Below are positions 30,392 to 39,901 of a DNA stretch of 64,000 nt, piece after piece. The notes beneath the pieces are model-generated. The model did no database searches and had not been told where the DNA came from. It was given only the letters and a program-made list of their open reading frames with translations. A program made the position numbers and the translations under genes. The DNA comes from Candidatus Saccharimonadales bacterium (GTDB lineage: Bacteria > Patescibacteriota > Saccharimonadia > Saccharimonadales > DATKHC01): assembly GCA_038317055.1 (NCBI GenBank), contig JBBQBA010000003.1:11850-75849 (forward strand). The letters run 5' to 3'. Numbering within the stretch: the stretch's first letter is position 1; every line of letters begins with the position of its first letter.

Positions 30392-31418
30392 ATTCTTTTA
30401 GTTTATCTAGTAAATCATCAATATCTCCACTGAGAGCACCGGGTATATTGCTTCGACTGAAACCAATTCTATGATCAGTAATTCTATCTTGCGGGAAATT
30501 ATAGGTTCTAATCTTTTCGCTACGATCTCCCGAACCAATTAGTTTTAATCTCGCATCTGATAATTTCTTTTGTTCGTCAGTTATTTTCTTAGCCATTAAA
30601 CGGGAGCGAAGTACGCTCATAGCTTTATCGCGATTTTTAATCTGACTCTTTTCGTCTTGTTGAGTAACAACAAGTCCACTGGGTATATGGGTAATTCTAA
30701 CTGCTGAATCAGTCGTGTTAACACTTTGACCACCGTGACCACTAGCTCGGTAAGTATCAATTTGTAGATCTTTTGGATTTATCGTTACATCTGTTTCCTC
30801 AGCCTCAGGCATAACGGCAACAGTAGTTGTACTAGTGTGAATACGACCTTGAGATTCGGTAGTAGGTACTCGTTGAACCCTATGAACACCAGCTTCAAAC
30901 TTTAAGTTTTTATATGCGTCTAGTCCTTTAACTGAAAATATTACTTCTTTAAAACCGCCTACTTCATTTGGGCTTTCGCTAATAAGTTCTGTTTTATAAT
31001 TATGGGTTTCAGCCCAGCGTGTATACATCCTAAGTAAGTCTGCAGCAAATAAACTTGATTCGTCACCGCCAGCAGCTGCCCTAATTTCTATTATCACATC
31101 TCGTTCATCATTTGGATCTTTCTCTAGTAAAATCTCAATCAAAGCATTCTGAGTAGTCTCGAGTTGTACGTTTAGCTCACCTAATTCGACTTGGGCCATT
31201 TCTGCTAGTTCTGGATCTTCATTGTCGAGCAGCTCTTTGTTCTCAGAAATTTTCTTCAAAGTGGCTATTTTCTTATCAAATAATTCTATTGTATTTTCTA
31301 ATTGGCTTTTACGTCTAGCCAGTTTTGGATATTCACTTGAAGAGAAAATATCGGGATTATCAAATTTGGCGTTAAGTTCGTCGTATTCTTGTCGAAGGAT
31401 TTGTTCTTGTTGTTGCAT
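30360..31418 (-). CDS. prfA: peptide chain release factor 1
   Basis: The RF1 tripeptide context is [14 protein letters not shown] and the GGQ motif is SGHGGQSVN. The start is moved to MQQQEQ (31418), which has a GGAAG upstream, in place of the track start 31457. Confidence 0.92.
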   Translation of the reverse strand: MQQQEQILRQEYDELNAKFDNPDIFSSSEYPKLARRKSQLENTIELFDKKIATLKKISENKELLDNEDPELAEMAQVELGELNVQLETTQNALIEILLEKDPNDERDVIIEIRAAAGGDESSLFAADLLRMYTRWAETHNYKTELISESPNEVGGFKEVIFSVKGLDAYKNLKFEAGVHRVQRVPTTESQGRIHTSTTTVAVMPEAEETDVTINPKDLQIDTYRASGHGGQSVNTTDSAVRITHIPSGLVVTQQDEKSQIKNRDKAMSVLRSRLMAKKITDEQKKLSDARLKLIGSGDRSEKIRTYNFPQDRITDHRIGFSRSNIPGALSGDIDDLLDKLKEYEYQLINNEQ

Positions 31419-31490
31419 TGTCTTGCTTCCAGTATAAATTAAAAATATCCCCAGCACCTAAAAGGTAAGTAGGAATATTAAGTAATTAAG

Positions 31491-31844
31491 TTAAGAATTG
31501 CTGGGTTTAAGGTTGCCAATCTTCTCAACAGTTGGCTTATCTTCTGTTGACTTCTCGACTTTAGCTTTAGGAGCTTTTTTAGCTTTTGCTTTTCGGTCTT
31601 CTGCTGCAGCAACACGTGCTTTGAATTTATCAACTCGGCCTTCAACATCTACAAGTTTTTCTTGACCAGTAAAGAATGGGTGAGATGCACTCGAAATATA
31701 AACTTTAACTAGGGGATATTCAACACCATCAAGTGTGATTTTTTCTTCACTAGCAACTGTAGATTTGGTTAAGAACGTTACATTATTATTCAAATCTTGA
31801 AACACTACTGCGCGATAATTACTTGGGTGGAGTTCTTTCTTCAT
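31491..31844 (-). CDS. rpmE: 50S ribosomal protein L31, type B (no Cys Zn site) with a K/A-rich C-terminal extension
   Basis: MKKELHPSNYRAVVFQD...HPFFTG is the L31 core, followed by a tail of about 40 aa (AAAEDRKAKAKKAPKAKVEK...). Confidence 0.88.
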   Translation of the reverse strand: MKKELHPSNYRAVVFQDLNNNVTFLTKSTVASEEKITLDGVEYPLVKVYISSASHPFFTGQEKLVDVEGRVDKFKARVAAAEDRKAKAKKAPKAKVEKSTEDKPTVEKIGNLKPSNS

Positions 31845-31945
31845 AACAAAAGGTGAGTATACACGGATATAGATCAGGGGTCAAGACAAACTTAGCTAAA
31901 CGCTTTTGCTTGCTATAGCAGAGCTTACCAATTATCTTTAAATTA

Positions 31946-33235
31946 ATGATTGAAGCCTGGCCCAATAACGAAGTTTTATTGGAAAAAGAAAAAATAAATG
32001 TCATGTTAGTCGGAAACGGCGGAAGAGAACATGCTTTAGATTGGAAATTGTCTCATTCTGAGCGAATAGGTGATATTTTTATGGTTCCAGATAGAGTGGA
32101 TCCAGCAAGATATATTAGGGATACAGAACAGGAAGTAGATCTTGTTATTATCGGACCAGATGATCCACTAGCCGATGGAGTGGTCGATGAACTTAGATTT
32201 TTGGGTTACCCAACTTTTGGACCAACCAAGAGTGCGGCTCAAATAGAATCAGACAGACCTTTCTCCAAATTATTAATGAATGCTACTGGTGTTCCAACAG
32301 CACCGTTCAGAACTTTTTTTGATGCTAAAGAAGCTCATACTTATGTAGAGTTCAATCAGAAACCTTACTATGTTAAAGCAGGTGGACTGGCAAAAGGAAA
32401 AGGTGCGTTAGAGTGTTTAACTACGGCTGATGCTCATCAAGCGATAACTGATATTCTACAAAAAAAGATGTTTGGAAGAGCTGGTGCTCAGATAATAATC
32501 GAGGAATTTCTTGAAGGCAGGGAAATATCACTTCATGCAGTAGCCAATGATACTTCGTATTTAATGTTTCCATCGTCTCAAGATTATAAAAAAAGTGAAG
32601 ACGGCGATAAAAGATTAAATACCGGTGGTATGGGAACGATTACTCCTGTCCCTTGGTTTAATATTGACCGAGTTGATAGGGCTGGTCAGTTGGTTGTTGA
32701 ACCGATTCTTAGGGGTCTTTACTCGATGGGCAATGATTTTAATGGGCTTTTGTTCCCGGGCTTAATGGTAAATGGTCAAGATACACGAGTGATTGAGTAC
32801 AATGCCAGGTTTGGTGATACAGAGACTCAGGTTTATATGAGAACAATGAAATCCGACTTATTGGAATTAATAATTGCCTCATTAAATAATAGTCTCGATA
32901 ATTTTGATCTTGAATGGACTGATGATTTTGCAGTTTGTATTGTTGCGGCAGGAGCAAATTATCCCGATACTTCAGAGGCTGGGCTACTTATTCGTGGCAT
33001 AAAAAGAGCCCAAAAAATGGACGGTGTAGAGATATTCCTGGCGGGAGTTATTAGGGAAGGTCGCAGACACTATACTGCTGGTGGTAGAATTCTTGGGGTA
33101 ACTGCGGTCGGTGCAACTCTTAATAGCGCTCTTGACAGGGGTTATGCGGCAATGGATGAAATTAGATTTGAAGACAAGAAAACCAGAGCGGACACTAAAA
33201 AAATACGTACTGATATTGGATCAAACGCGTCCTAG
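31946..33235 (+). CDS. purD: phosphoribosylamine--glycine ligase (PurD); the start may be internal (ATG 32003)
   Basis: GNGGREHAL, ATP-grasp EEFLEGREISL, NTGGMGTITP and EYNARFGDTETQ, with a TDIG ending. Confidence 0.85.
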   Translation: MIEAWPNNEVLLEKEKINVMLVGNGGREHALDWKLSHSERIGDIFMVPDRVDPARYIRDTEQEVDLVIIGPDDPLADGVVDELRFLGYPTFGPTKSAAQIESDRPFSKLLMNATGVPTAPFRTFFDAKEAHTYVEFNQKPYYVKAGGLAKGKGALECLTTADAHQAITDILQKKMFGRAGAQIIIEEFLEGREISLHAVANDTSYLMFPSSQDYKKSEDGDKRLNTGGMGTITPVPWFNIDRVDRAGQLVVEPILRGLYSMGNDFNGLLFPGLMVNGQDTRVIEYNARFGDTETQVYMRTMKSDLLELIIASLNNSLDNFDLEWTDDFAVCIVAAGANYPDTSEAGLLIRGIKRAQKMDGVEIFLAGVIREGRRHYTAGGRILGVTAVGATLNSALDRGYAAMDEIRFEDKKTRADTKKIRTDIGSNAS

Positions 33236-33364
33236 TTCATCTGTTGCAATATCTTTTTCAATCTGTTAATATTTAAAGTAATAACATTAGAACACACCCG
33301 GAGTTATTATCCTCTTAGTTCGTTTACGAATTAGGTTGTTCGGGTTAGGGAAAAGGATGATTAT

Positions 33365-34102
33365 ATGCCCGTATTAGAAGTTGATATTAAACAATTGTTT
33401 GAAGCCGGTGCTCACTTTGGCCACAAAACAAGTAGATGGCACCCAAAGATGGCACCTTATATTCATAGCGCCAAAAACGGCACACACATAATTGATCTGA
33501 ACAAAACAGCAGAAGCATTGAATGAGGCATTAAGCTTTATTGAAGAAATAGTTTCTCAAGGTAAACAAGTACTTTTAGTTGGTACCAAGAGACAAGCTCA
33601 CGATCCAATAAAGGAAATAGCAGAAAAAACCGGAATGCCATATGTGGTAGAACGATGGCTTGGCGGAATGCTCACTAATTCAAATACTATTGGCGGACGA
33701 GTTAAACACCTTAAAGATTTAGAAGAAAAAATGGACTCAGGTCAGTTTGCCTCAAAATACGGCAAGCTAGAAGTTCAGCGTTTTCAAGAAGAAATCGACG
33801 ATATGAACCATACTTATGGCGGTATTAAGAATCTAAACGGGAAACCTGGTGCATTGTTTATAATTGATATTTTGCACGAAGCTAATGCGGTAAAAGAAGC
33901 CAAGAAACTGAAAGTGCCAATAGTAGCAATTGTTGATACGAATGCTAATCCAAGTTTAGTCGAATACCCAATTCCTTCTAATGACGACTCTATAAAAACC
34001 ATAAAACTAATTACGGATTATCTAGAAGCCGCAATCTCAAGTGGTAAAGCAAAACGAGAAAAGAAACCAGTTGCTACGATTGAAGCAGAAAAAGTTAAAT
34101 AG
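33365..34102 (+). CDS. rpsB: 30S ribosomal protein S2
   Basis: LFEAGAHFGHKTSRWHPKM and VVERWLGGMLTN. Confidence 0.95.
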   Translation: MPVLEVDIKQLFEAGAHFGHKTSRWHPKMAPYIHSAKNGTHIIDLNKTAEALNEALSFIEEIVSQGKQVLLVGTKRQAHDPIKEIAEKTGMPYVVERWLGGMLTNSNTIGGRVKHLKDLEEKMDSGQFASKYGKLEVQRFQEEIDDMNHTYGGIKNLNGKPGALFIIDILHEANAVKEAKKLKVPIVAIVDTNANPSLVEYPIPSNDDSIKTIKLITDYLEAAISSGKAKREKKPVATIEAEKVK

Positions 34103-34123
34103 ACTTAGTAAAAGGAGAAAATT

Positions 34124-34720
34124 ATGAACATCGATATAAACGAAATTAAGCGACTTCGTGCTTTAACAGGCGTTGGAATAACTGATGCTAAAAAGGCTTT
34201 AGTTGATGCTGACGGAGATTTTGATAAAGCCCTAGATGCTATGCGTAAAAAAGGTATGACAAAAGCAGACAAACGTTCAGAAAGAGAAGCACGCGAAGGT
34301 GTCATTGGTGTATACAACCATGACAATAGAATCGGAGTTTTAGTAGAAGTTAATTGTGAAACAGATTTTGTAGCTCGAAATGAAATATTCACAATTCTCG
34401 TTAAAGATATCGCAATGCATATTGCAGCTAGTAATCCTGAATATGTTGATGAAAGTTCAATTCCAGAAGATGTAAAAGAAGAGAAAAAAGCTGAATTTAA
34501 GAAAAAAGTTATCGATGAAGGTAAACCAGCCGAAATTGCCGATAAAATCGTTGAAGGAATGCTAAAAAAATATTTTGCTGAAAGATGTTTACTAGACCAG
34601 CCATACGTTAAAAACCCCGATCAAACTGTCGCAAACTATGTAAAAGAGCATAATGCTAAACTTGGTGAAAATATTGTTGTTAGACGATTTAGTCGTATGG
34701 CGCTTGGTGAAGTAAATTAG
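34124..34720 (+). CDS. tsf: elongation factor Ts (short form)
   Basis: The UBA-like N-terminus is IKRLRALTGVGITDAKKAL. AAGGAG lies upstream of the start. Confidence 0.93.
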   Translation: MNIDINEIKRLRALTGVGITDAKKALVDADGDFDKALDAMRKKGMTKADKRSEREAREGVIGVYNHDNRIGVLVEVNCETDFVARNEIFTILVKDIAMHIAASNPEYVDESSIPEDVKEEKKAEFKKKVIDEGKPAEIADKIVEGMLKKYFAERCLLDQPYVKNPDQTVANYVKEHNAKLGENIVVRRFSRMALGEVN

Positions 34721-34756
34721 TATTATAAGAACTACGACAATTTAAGTGAGGGTTAT

Positions 34757-35320
34757 ATGCAACCAAGCCAATTATTAGATCAAACGACTACCAAACTTGA
34801 AGCAGCATTAGGTCATTTTCAGGAAGAATTAAACAAGATTAGAACTGGTAGAGCCCATGCTGGTGCCCTTGATAAATTGATGGTAAAAGCATACGGGGTT
34901 AGCATGCCAATAAAACAGCTTGCCAATATCACTGCGCCTGAAGCTCAGTTAATTCAAGTAACTCCATTTGATCCTGGTAATTTGCAGGCAATTGCCAGCT
35001 CAATACGAGAAGATCAAAGTCTAGGCTTAAACCCAGTTGATGATGGAGCGGTAATTAGGATACAAGTACCACCTCTTACAACGGAGCGTAGAACTGAAAT
35101 AGTAAAACAACTCGGAGATATAGCAGAAGACTGCATGATAAAAATGAGAAACTCACGTCACGAATCATTAAAAGAAGCCGAGACTGCTAAAAAGTCGAAG
35201 GCGATTACTGAGGATGACTTCAGGGATATCGGTAAACAAATGGATGAATTGATGAGTAAATACAAAAACAAGGTTGATTTATTAGTTGCAGCCAAAGAAA
35301 AAGACATAATGACCGTATGA
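34757..35320 (+). CDS. frr: ribosome recycling factor
   Basis: LNKIRTGRAH...PPLTTERR, in a 187-aa protein. Confidence 0.93.
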   Translation: MQPSQLLDQTTTKLEAALGHFQEELNKIRTGRAHAGALDKLMVKAYGVSMPIKQLANITAPEAQLIQVTPFDPGNLQAIASSIREDQSLGLNPVDDGAVIRIQVPPLTTERRTEIVKQLGDIAEDCMIKMRNSRHESLKEAETAKKSKAITEDDFRDIGKQMDELMSKYKNKVDLLVAAKEKDIMTV

Positions 35321-35353
35321 TAAATAAGTTGAATTCGGGAATTAGACATTAAT

Positions 35354-36049
35354 ATGGAACAAAACTCAGCAATTCCAGTTCATATTGGTCTAGTACTAGA
35401 TGGTAACCGTCGGTGGGCAAAATCTCAGAAGATCACTAATTTCGAAGGTCACTATGCTGGTTATCAAAATCTTAAATTAATTACTAAATACGCTATCGAC
35501 CAGGGTGTAAGTTATGTATCAGCTTTTGTTTTTTCGATAGAAAATTGGTCGCGTACTAAATCTGAAATTAAATATTTGATGGGATTAATACTTAGAATTT
35601 TGACTAAAGATCTAGCTGAGTTAAATCGCGAGAATATTAAGGTTGTGTGGCTAGGTAGTACTGACAAATTAAGCGATAAGATCATTAAAGCTATTGCTGA
35701 GGCAGAAGAAAAAACCAAGTCTAATACAAGAGGGACTTTGTGTCTTTGTTTTAACTATGGTGGCTATCAAGAAATAGTCGATTCTGTTAAAAAAATAATT
35801 AAAAGTGGGGTGTCAGCCGATGAAGTTGATCAATCTATGATTGAAAAGTCTTTGTATGCTCCCGAAATACCACCAATTGATCTAATTATCAGAACATCAG
35901 GTGAGCAAAGAACTTCAGGTTTTATGTTATATCGTTCAGCGTATAGTGAACTATATTTTTCGAAAAAACACTGGCCAGAGTTTAAGGAAAAAGACTTAGA
36001 TGAGGCTTTTGCAGATTATGCTAAGCGACATCGGAGATTTGGGGAATAA
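35354..36049 (+). CDS. uppS: undecaprenyl-diphosphate synthase (cis-prenyltransferase)
   Basis: HIGLVLDGNRRWAK, FSIENWSR and IRTSGEQRTSGFML. Confidence 0.92.
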   Translation: MEQNSAIPVHIGLVLDGNRRWAKSQKITNFEGHYAGYQNLKLITKYAIDQGVSYVSAFVFSIENWSRTKSEIKYLMGLILRILTKDLAELNRENIKVVWLGSTDKLSDKIIKAIAEAEEKTKSNTRGTLCLCFNYGGYQEIVDSVKKIIKSGVSADEVDQSMIEKSLYAPEIPPIDLIIRTSGEQRTSGFMLYRSAYSELYFSKKHWPEFKEKDLDEAFADYAKRHRRFGE

Positions 36050-37206
36050 TGTCAATATTCTTGCTAATTTTGGGCATTATTTTATTTATTCTACTGGTTA
36101 TTATCCATGAGTTAGGTCACTTTTTTGCTGCAAGACGAAACGGTGTTGAAGTTGAAGAATTTGGATTATTTTTCCCTCCAAGACTTTGGTCAATGGAAAT
36201 GAAATCAGGCTTCACTTTTAGTATTAATGCTTTGCCACTTGGAGGTTTCGTTAAGTTAAAAGGTGAGCATGATGCTGACACCACTAAGGGGAGTTTTGGT
36301 GCAGCAAGTTTATGGGCTAAATCTAAAATTATGATGGCTGGTGTTGGTATGAATTTACTTGCCGCTTTTGTTATTTTTACTTATTTGGCAATAGTTGGAC
36401 TTCCGCAGATTATTCCTAATCAATTTACTGTTAAAAGTAATACTAAAGCAACATCACAACAGGTACTAGTAGGTAGCGTGGAACCTAATACTCCAGCAAG
36501 TGAAATTGGATTGAAAAGTCAAGACACACTTGTTGCAATGGCGGCTCCGGGTGGCCAAATTAAATACATTACCTCAGCAAGTTCGCTACCAGATATTACT
36601 AAATCTTTTGCAGGAAAAACTGTCAACATAACGTATAAGAATCCATCAGGTAAGGTAATTACAAAGACAGTTAAACTACGTTCGTCAGCCACTGAAACAG
36701 TAACTAAAAATAACAAAACTGTCACTCAAGACGTTGGCTATTTGGGCGTATCAACTGCACAAACTGCTAATCAATTTGTACTTCAAAAATCAACTTGGTC
36801 AGCTCCAATTGTGGCGCTTGGGCTTATGAAGCAAATAACCATACTTACCTTCCAAGGCTTAGGTCATGTCTTCACGGTTATTTTCCATGGACATCCTTCG
36901 CAAGCCTCTCAACAGGTTACAGGACCTGTCGGAGTCGTTGTAATACTCAAAAATAGCAGTACCCTTGGCTATCAGTTTGTATTATTTGTAATCGCTTTAA
37001 TATCGTTGTCGTTGGCACTTATAAATATTCTGCCTATACCAGCGCTAGATGGTGGTCGTTTATTCTTTACGCTAGTTCCACGGATTCTTAATGGTCGACC
37101 AATAAAACAACGAACAGAAGAAATGATAAATGGCATTGGTCTAGTCTTTATTCTGCTACTATTTGTCTTAGTAACGGTAGGAGATATTGCTCGAATTCAT
37201 CATTAA
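36049..37206 (+). CDS. site-2 protease, M50 family (RseP-like) with a PDZ insert
   Basis: HELGH lies in TM1 and NILPIPALDGG in a late TM helix. The ATG overlaps the uppS stop. Confidence 0.88.
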   Translation: MSIFLLILGIILFILLVIIHELGHFFAARRNGVEVEEFGLFFPPRLWSMEMKSGFTFSINALPLGGFVKLKGEHDADTTKGSFGAASLWAKSKIMMAGVGMNLLAAFVIFTYLAIVGLPQIIPNQFTVKSNTKATSQQVLVGSVEPNTPASEIGLKSQDTLVAMAAPGGQIKYITSASSLPDITKSFAGKTVNITYKNPSGKVITKTVKLRSSATETVTKNNKTVTQDVGYLGVSTAQTANQFVLQKSTWSAPIVALGLMKQITILTFQGLGHVFTVIFHGHPSQASQQVTGPVGVVVILKNSSTLGYQFVLFVIALISLSLALINILPIPALDGGRLFFTLVPRILNGRPIKQRTEEMINGIGLVFILLLFVLVTVGDIARIHH

Positions 37207-37215
37207 AAATATGTT

Positions 37216-38010
37216 ATGAATGATAAACCAGAACAAATAAAAAAGCATGAACATGCCCAAAAGAAAACCAGTTTAGTTACTTGGGGTCCTGCAGCTTCAA
37301 TAATAGTAGTTTTAGCTATCTATTTAGTGGCTCAAATAATCGCCTTATTTTTAGTGAATCTTTATCCACTAATTCGACATTTTAACTCAGAACAAGCCAG
37401 TCAGTGGATTAATAATTCAGTTATTGGCCAATTCTGGTTTGTAGTAATCGTAGAAGGTTTGAGCTTATACTTGCTACATTTATTCCTAAAGCATAGACAC
37501 ACTACCTTTAAAGCATTAGGACTCAACCGTAAACCAAAACTATCGGATTTGGCATACACATTAACTGGTTTTTTAGTATATTTTGGTGTTTTTTGGATAA
37601 CCCTAACTGCGGTCACTAAAGCAATTCCTCAGTTTAATGTTAACCAAAAACAAGACTTGGGTTTTAGTAGCTCTACCCATGGATCTGAATTATTCTTAGT
37701 TCTAATTAGTTTAGTAATTTTGCCACCGATAATTGAAGAAATACTTTTTCGGGGTTTCTTATATACCGGACTTAGATCAAAAATCCCAAAAATAACTGCC
37801 GCACTTGTCGTAAGTCTGATTTTTGCATCACTTCATTTACTCGAGACTAGTAATGGTGTTTTATGGATTGCTGGACTTGATACCTTTATATTATCTTTAG
37901 TATTAGTTTGGCTCAGAGAAAAGACCGATTCATTGTATGCATCTATAGGTGTTCATACAATTAAAAACTTTTTAGCTTTTGCTAGTCTATTTCTATTTCA
38001 TGTCAGCTAA
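37216..38010 (+). CDS. CPBP-family intramembrane glutamic endopeptidase (CAAX protease-like)
   Basis: EEILFRGFLY motif 1 and FASLHL motif 2 in a polytopic protein. Confidence 0.8.
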   Translation: MNDKPEQIKKHEHAQKKTSLVTWGPAASIIVVLAIYLVAQIIALFLVNLYPLIRHFNSEQASQWINNSVIGQFWFVVIVEGLSLYLLHLFLKHRHTTFKALGLNRKPKLSDLAYTLTGFLVYFGVFWITLTAVTKAIPQFNVNQKQDLGFSSSTHGSELFLVLISLVILPPIIEEILFRGFLYTGLRSKIPKITAALVVSLIFASLHLLETSNGVLWIAGLDTFILSLVLVWLREKTDSLYASIGVHTIKNFLAFASLFLFHVS

Positions 38011-38061
38011 GCTAAAATCTAAGCTTAGTAATATACCTAAGATTAAGAGAGAAAAAATATC

Positions 38062-39321
38062 ATGAAATTGTCGACACTATTCACGAAGTCTAAAAAAGAT
38101 GTGCCAGCTGGCGAAACTGCAAAGAATGCTCAGCTACTGATAAAAGCTGGTTTTGTTGAGAAAGAAATGGCAGGAGTATACGCATATTTACCATTAGGAA
38201 AAAAAGTCTTGGATAATATTACTAGAGTTGTTAAAGAGGAAATGAATATAATAGGTGGTCAGGAAATTTCACTTACAGCACTTCAGCCAAAAGAACTTTG
38301 GGAAGTAACGGGTAGATGGAATGATGATGTTATTGATGTTTGGTTTAAAACAAAATTGAATAGCGGTGGTGAGATAGGTCTTGGTGTATCTCATGAAGAG
38401 CCACTAACTGCTCTACTTAAGAATTACATTACTTCATATCAAGATCTACCAGTATTCATCTATCAGGTTCAAACGAAGTTTAGAAATGAACTACGGGCTA
38501 AAAGTGGTTTAATGCGTGGTCGAGAATTCTTAATGAAAGATATGTACAGTTTTGCTAGAACTGAAGAAGAACATCAGAAACTCTTTACTGAAGCTAAAAA
38601 ATCTTACGAAAGAGTTTTTAAAAGGTTAGGTTTAAGCGATAAAACCTTCTTTACTACAGCTGACGGCGGTATGTTTAGTTCAGATTTCAGCTACGAGTTC
38701 CAAACTGTTACAGATAATGGAGAAGATATAATCTACTTAGACAGGGACAAAAATATAGCAGTTAACGAAGAGATAATGAATGACGAAGTGCTTTCTAAAT
38801 TGGGTCTAAAAAAAGAAAATCTAGAACAATTAAAGGCATCTGAAGTAGGTAATATATTTAACCTTGGCACTAAATACTCAAAACCATTTGAACTAAATTA
38901 TTTGAGTGAAGATAATAAGTTGGAACCAGTAATAATGGGCTGTTATGGACTCGGAATATCTAGGGTCATGGGTGTAATTGCTGAGATACTTAGTGACGAT
39001 AAGGGTCTAGTATGGCCAGAAGAGATTGCACCTGCTCGTTTTTACTTGATAAATTTAGGTTCAGACAGTGAAGTTATCGAAGCCGCAAATGAATTATATA
39101 AGCGCTTGATTGATGAGGGAATTGAGGTATTATATGATGACCGAGATGTGCATGCAGGAGAAAAGTTTGCGGATGCTGACCTTAGTGGAATACCTTACAG
39201 GGTAGTAATCAGTAACAAGACCGTAGCACAGGAAAAAGTTGAGTTAAAGCCAAGATTAAGTAGCGAACCAGAGCTACTCAGTATTGATAAGCTTATAGAA
39301 ACTTTCGGGGTAAAGTTGTAA
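38062..39321 (+). CDS. proS: prolyl-tRNA synthetase, bacterial-type N-terminus but lacking the INS editing domain (419 aa)
   Basis: MKLSTLF...AGFVEKEMAGVYAYLPLG and the class II motifs FRNELRAKSGLMRGREF and GCYGLGISR. The protein is about 150 aa shorter than INS-containing ProRS. Confidence 0.88.
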   Translation: MKLSTLFTKSKKDVPAGETAKNAQLLIKAGFVEKEMAGVYAYLPLGKKVLDNITRVVKEEMNIIGGQEISLTALQPKELWEVTGRWNDDVIDVWFKTKLNSGGEIGLGVSHEEPLTALLKNYITSYQDLPVFIYQVQTKFRNELRAKSGLMRGREFLMKDMYSFARTEEEHQKLFTEAKKSYERVFKRLGLSDKTFFTTADGGMFSSDFSYEFQTVTDNGEDIIYLDRDKNIAVNEEIMNDEVLSKLGLKKENLEQLKASEVGNIFNLGTKYSKPFELNYLSEDNKLEPVIMGCYGLGISRVMGVIAEILSDDKGLVWPEEIAPARFYLINLGSDSEVIEAANELYKRLIDEGIEVLYDDRDVHAGEKFADADLSGIPYRVVISNKTVAQEKVELKPRLSSEPELLSIDKLIETFGVKL

Positions 39322-39351
39322 AATTAAAACATCCTCATTAACAGCTAAATC

Positions 39352-39375
39352 AAAATCCCAATTTTAGGGATTTTT
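39352..39375 (+). terminator. intrinsic terminator after proS
   Basis: AAAATCCC (39352-39359), loop AATTTTA, then GGGATTTT (39367-39374) running into T residues. Confidence 0.55.
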
Positions 39376-39398
39376 GTAGAAAAGGATAACCAACTAGC

Positions 39399-39860
39399 AT
39401 GAAAAAACAATTTCACCTGACACCTGATGGGGTAAATGAACTAAATACTGAATTGACTGAATTAATTGGCCAAAGAGGGGAAGTTGCCGAAAAAATTAAA
39501 TCTGCGAGAGAATTTGGAGACTTATCCGAAAATGCAGAATATGCTACGGCACGACAAGAGCAAGAACGATCTGAAAACCGGATTTCTGAAATTGAGCATA
39601 TCCTCCAAAATGTTGAAGTAATAAAGAAGCCAAAGGGAGACAGTAAGGTTCGATTAGGATCCGAAGTCAAACTAAAGAGTAATGACGGAAAATCAAAGGC
39701 ATACAAGGTTGTAGGAACCGTTGAGGCTGATCCTTCAGAAGGCAAGATATCAGACGAATCTCCGATTGGTCAGGCACTACTTGGCAAAAAAGTTGGGGAT
39801 AATGTAGAAATTGTTACTCCAGTTGAAACTATAGGCTATAAAGTCGTAGACATCTCATAA
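39399..39860 (+). CDS. greA: transcription elongation factor GreA
   Basis: Coiled-coil N-terminus with EFGDLSENAEY, plus the C-terminal SPIGQALLGKKVGD. Confidence 0.92.
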   Translation: MKKQFHLTPDGVNELNTELTELIGQRGEVAEKIKSAREFGDLSENAEYATARQEQERSENRISEIEHILQNVEVIKKPKGDSKVRLGSEVKLKSNDGKSKAYKVVGTVEADPSEGKISDESPIGQALLGKKVGDNVEIVTPVETIGYKVVDIS

Positions 39861-39901
39861 ATACTTCTGCGAATCTAGATCAATTAACGGAGTAAAATCT
39901 T

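Noticed and set aside
33236-33364. The rpsB upstream region, considered as a structured autoregulatory leader or a hidden tRNA.
   Set aside because: It holds only a short CCCGG/CCGGG-type pairing possibility. There is no tRNA T-loop or cloverleaf and no motif I can match to a known S2 leader.
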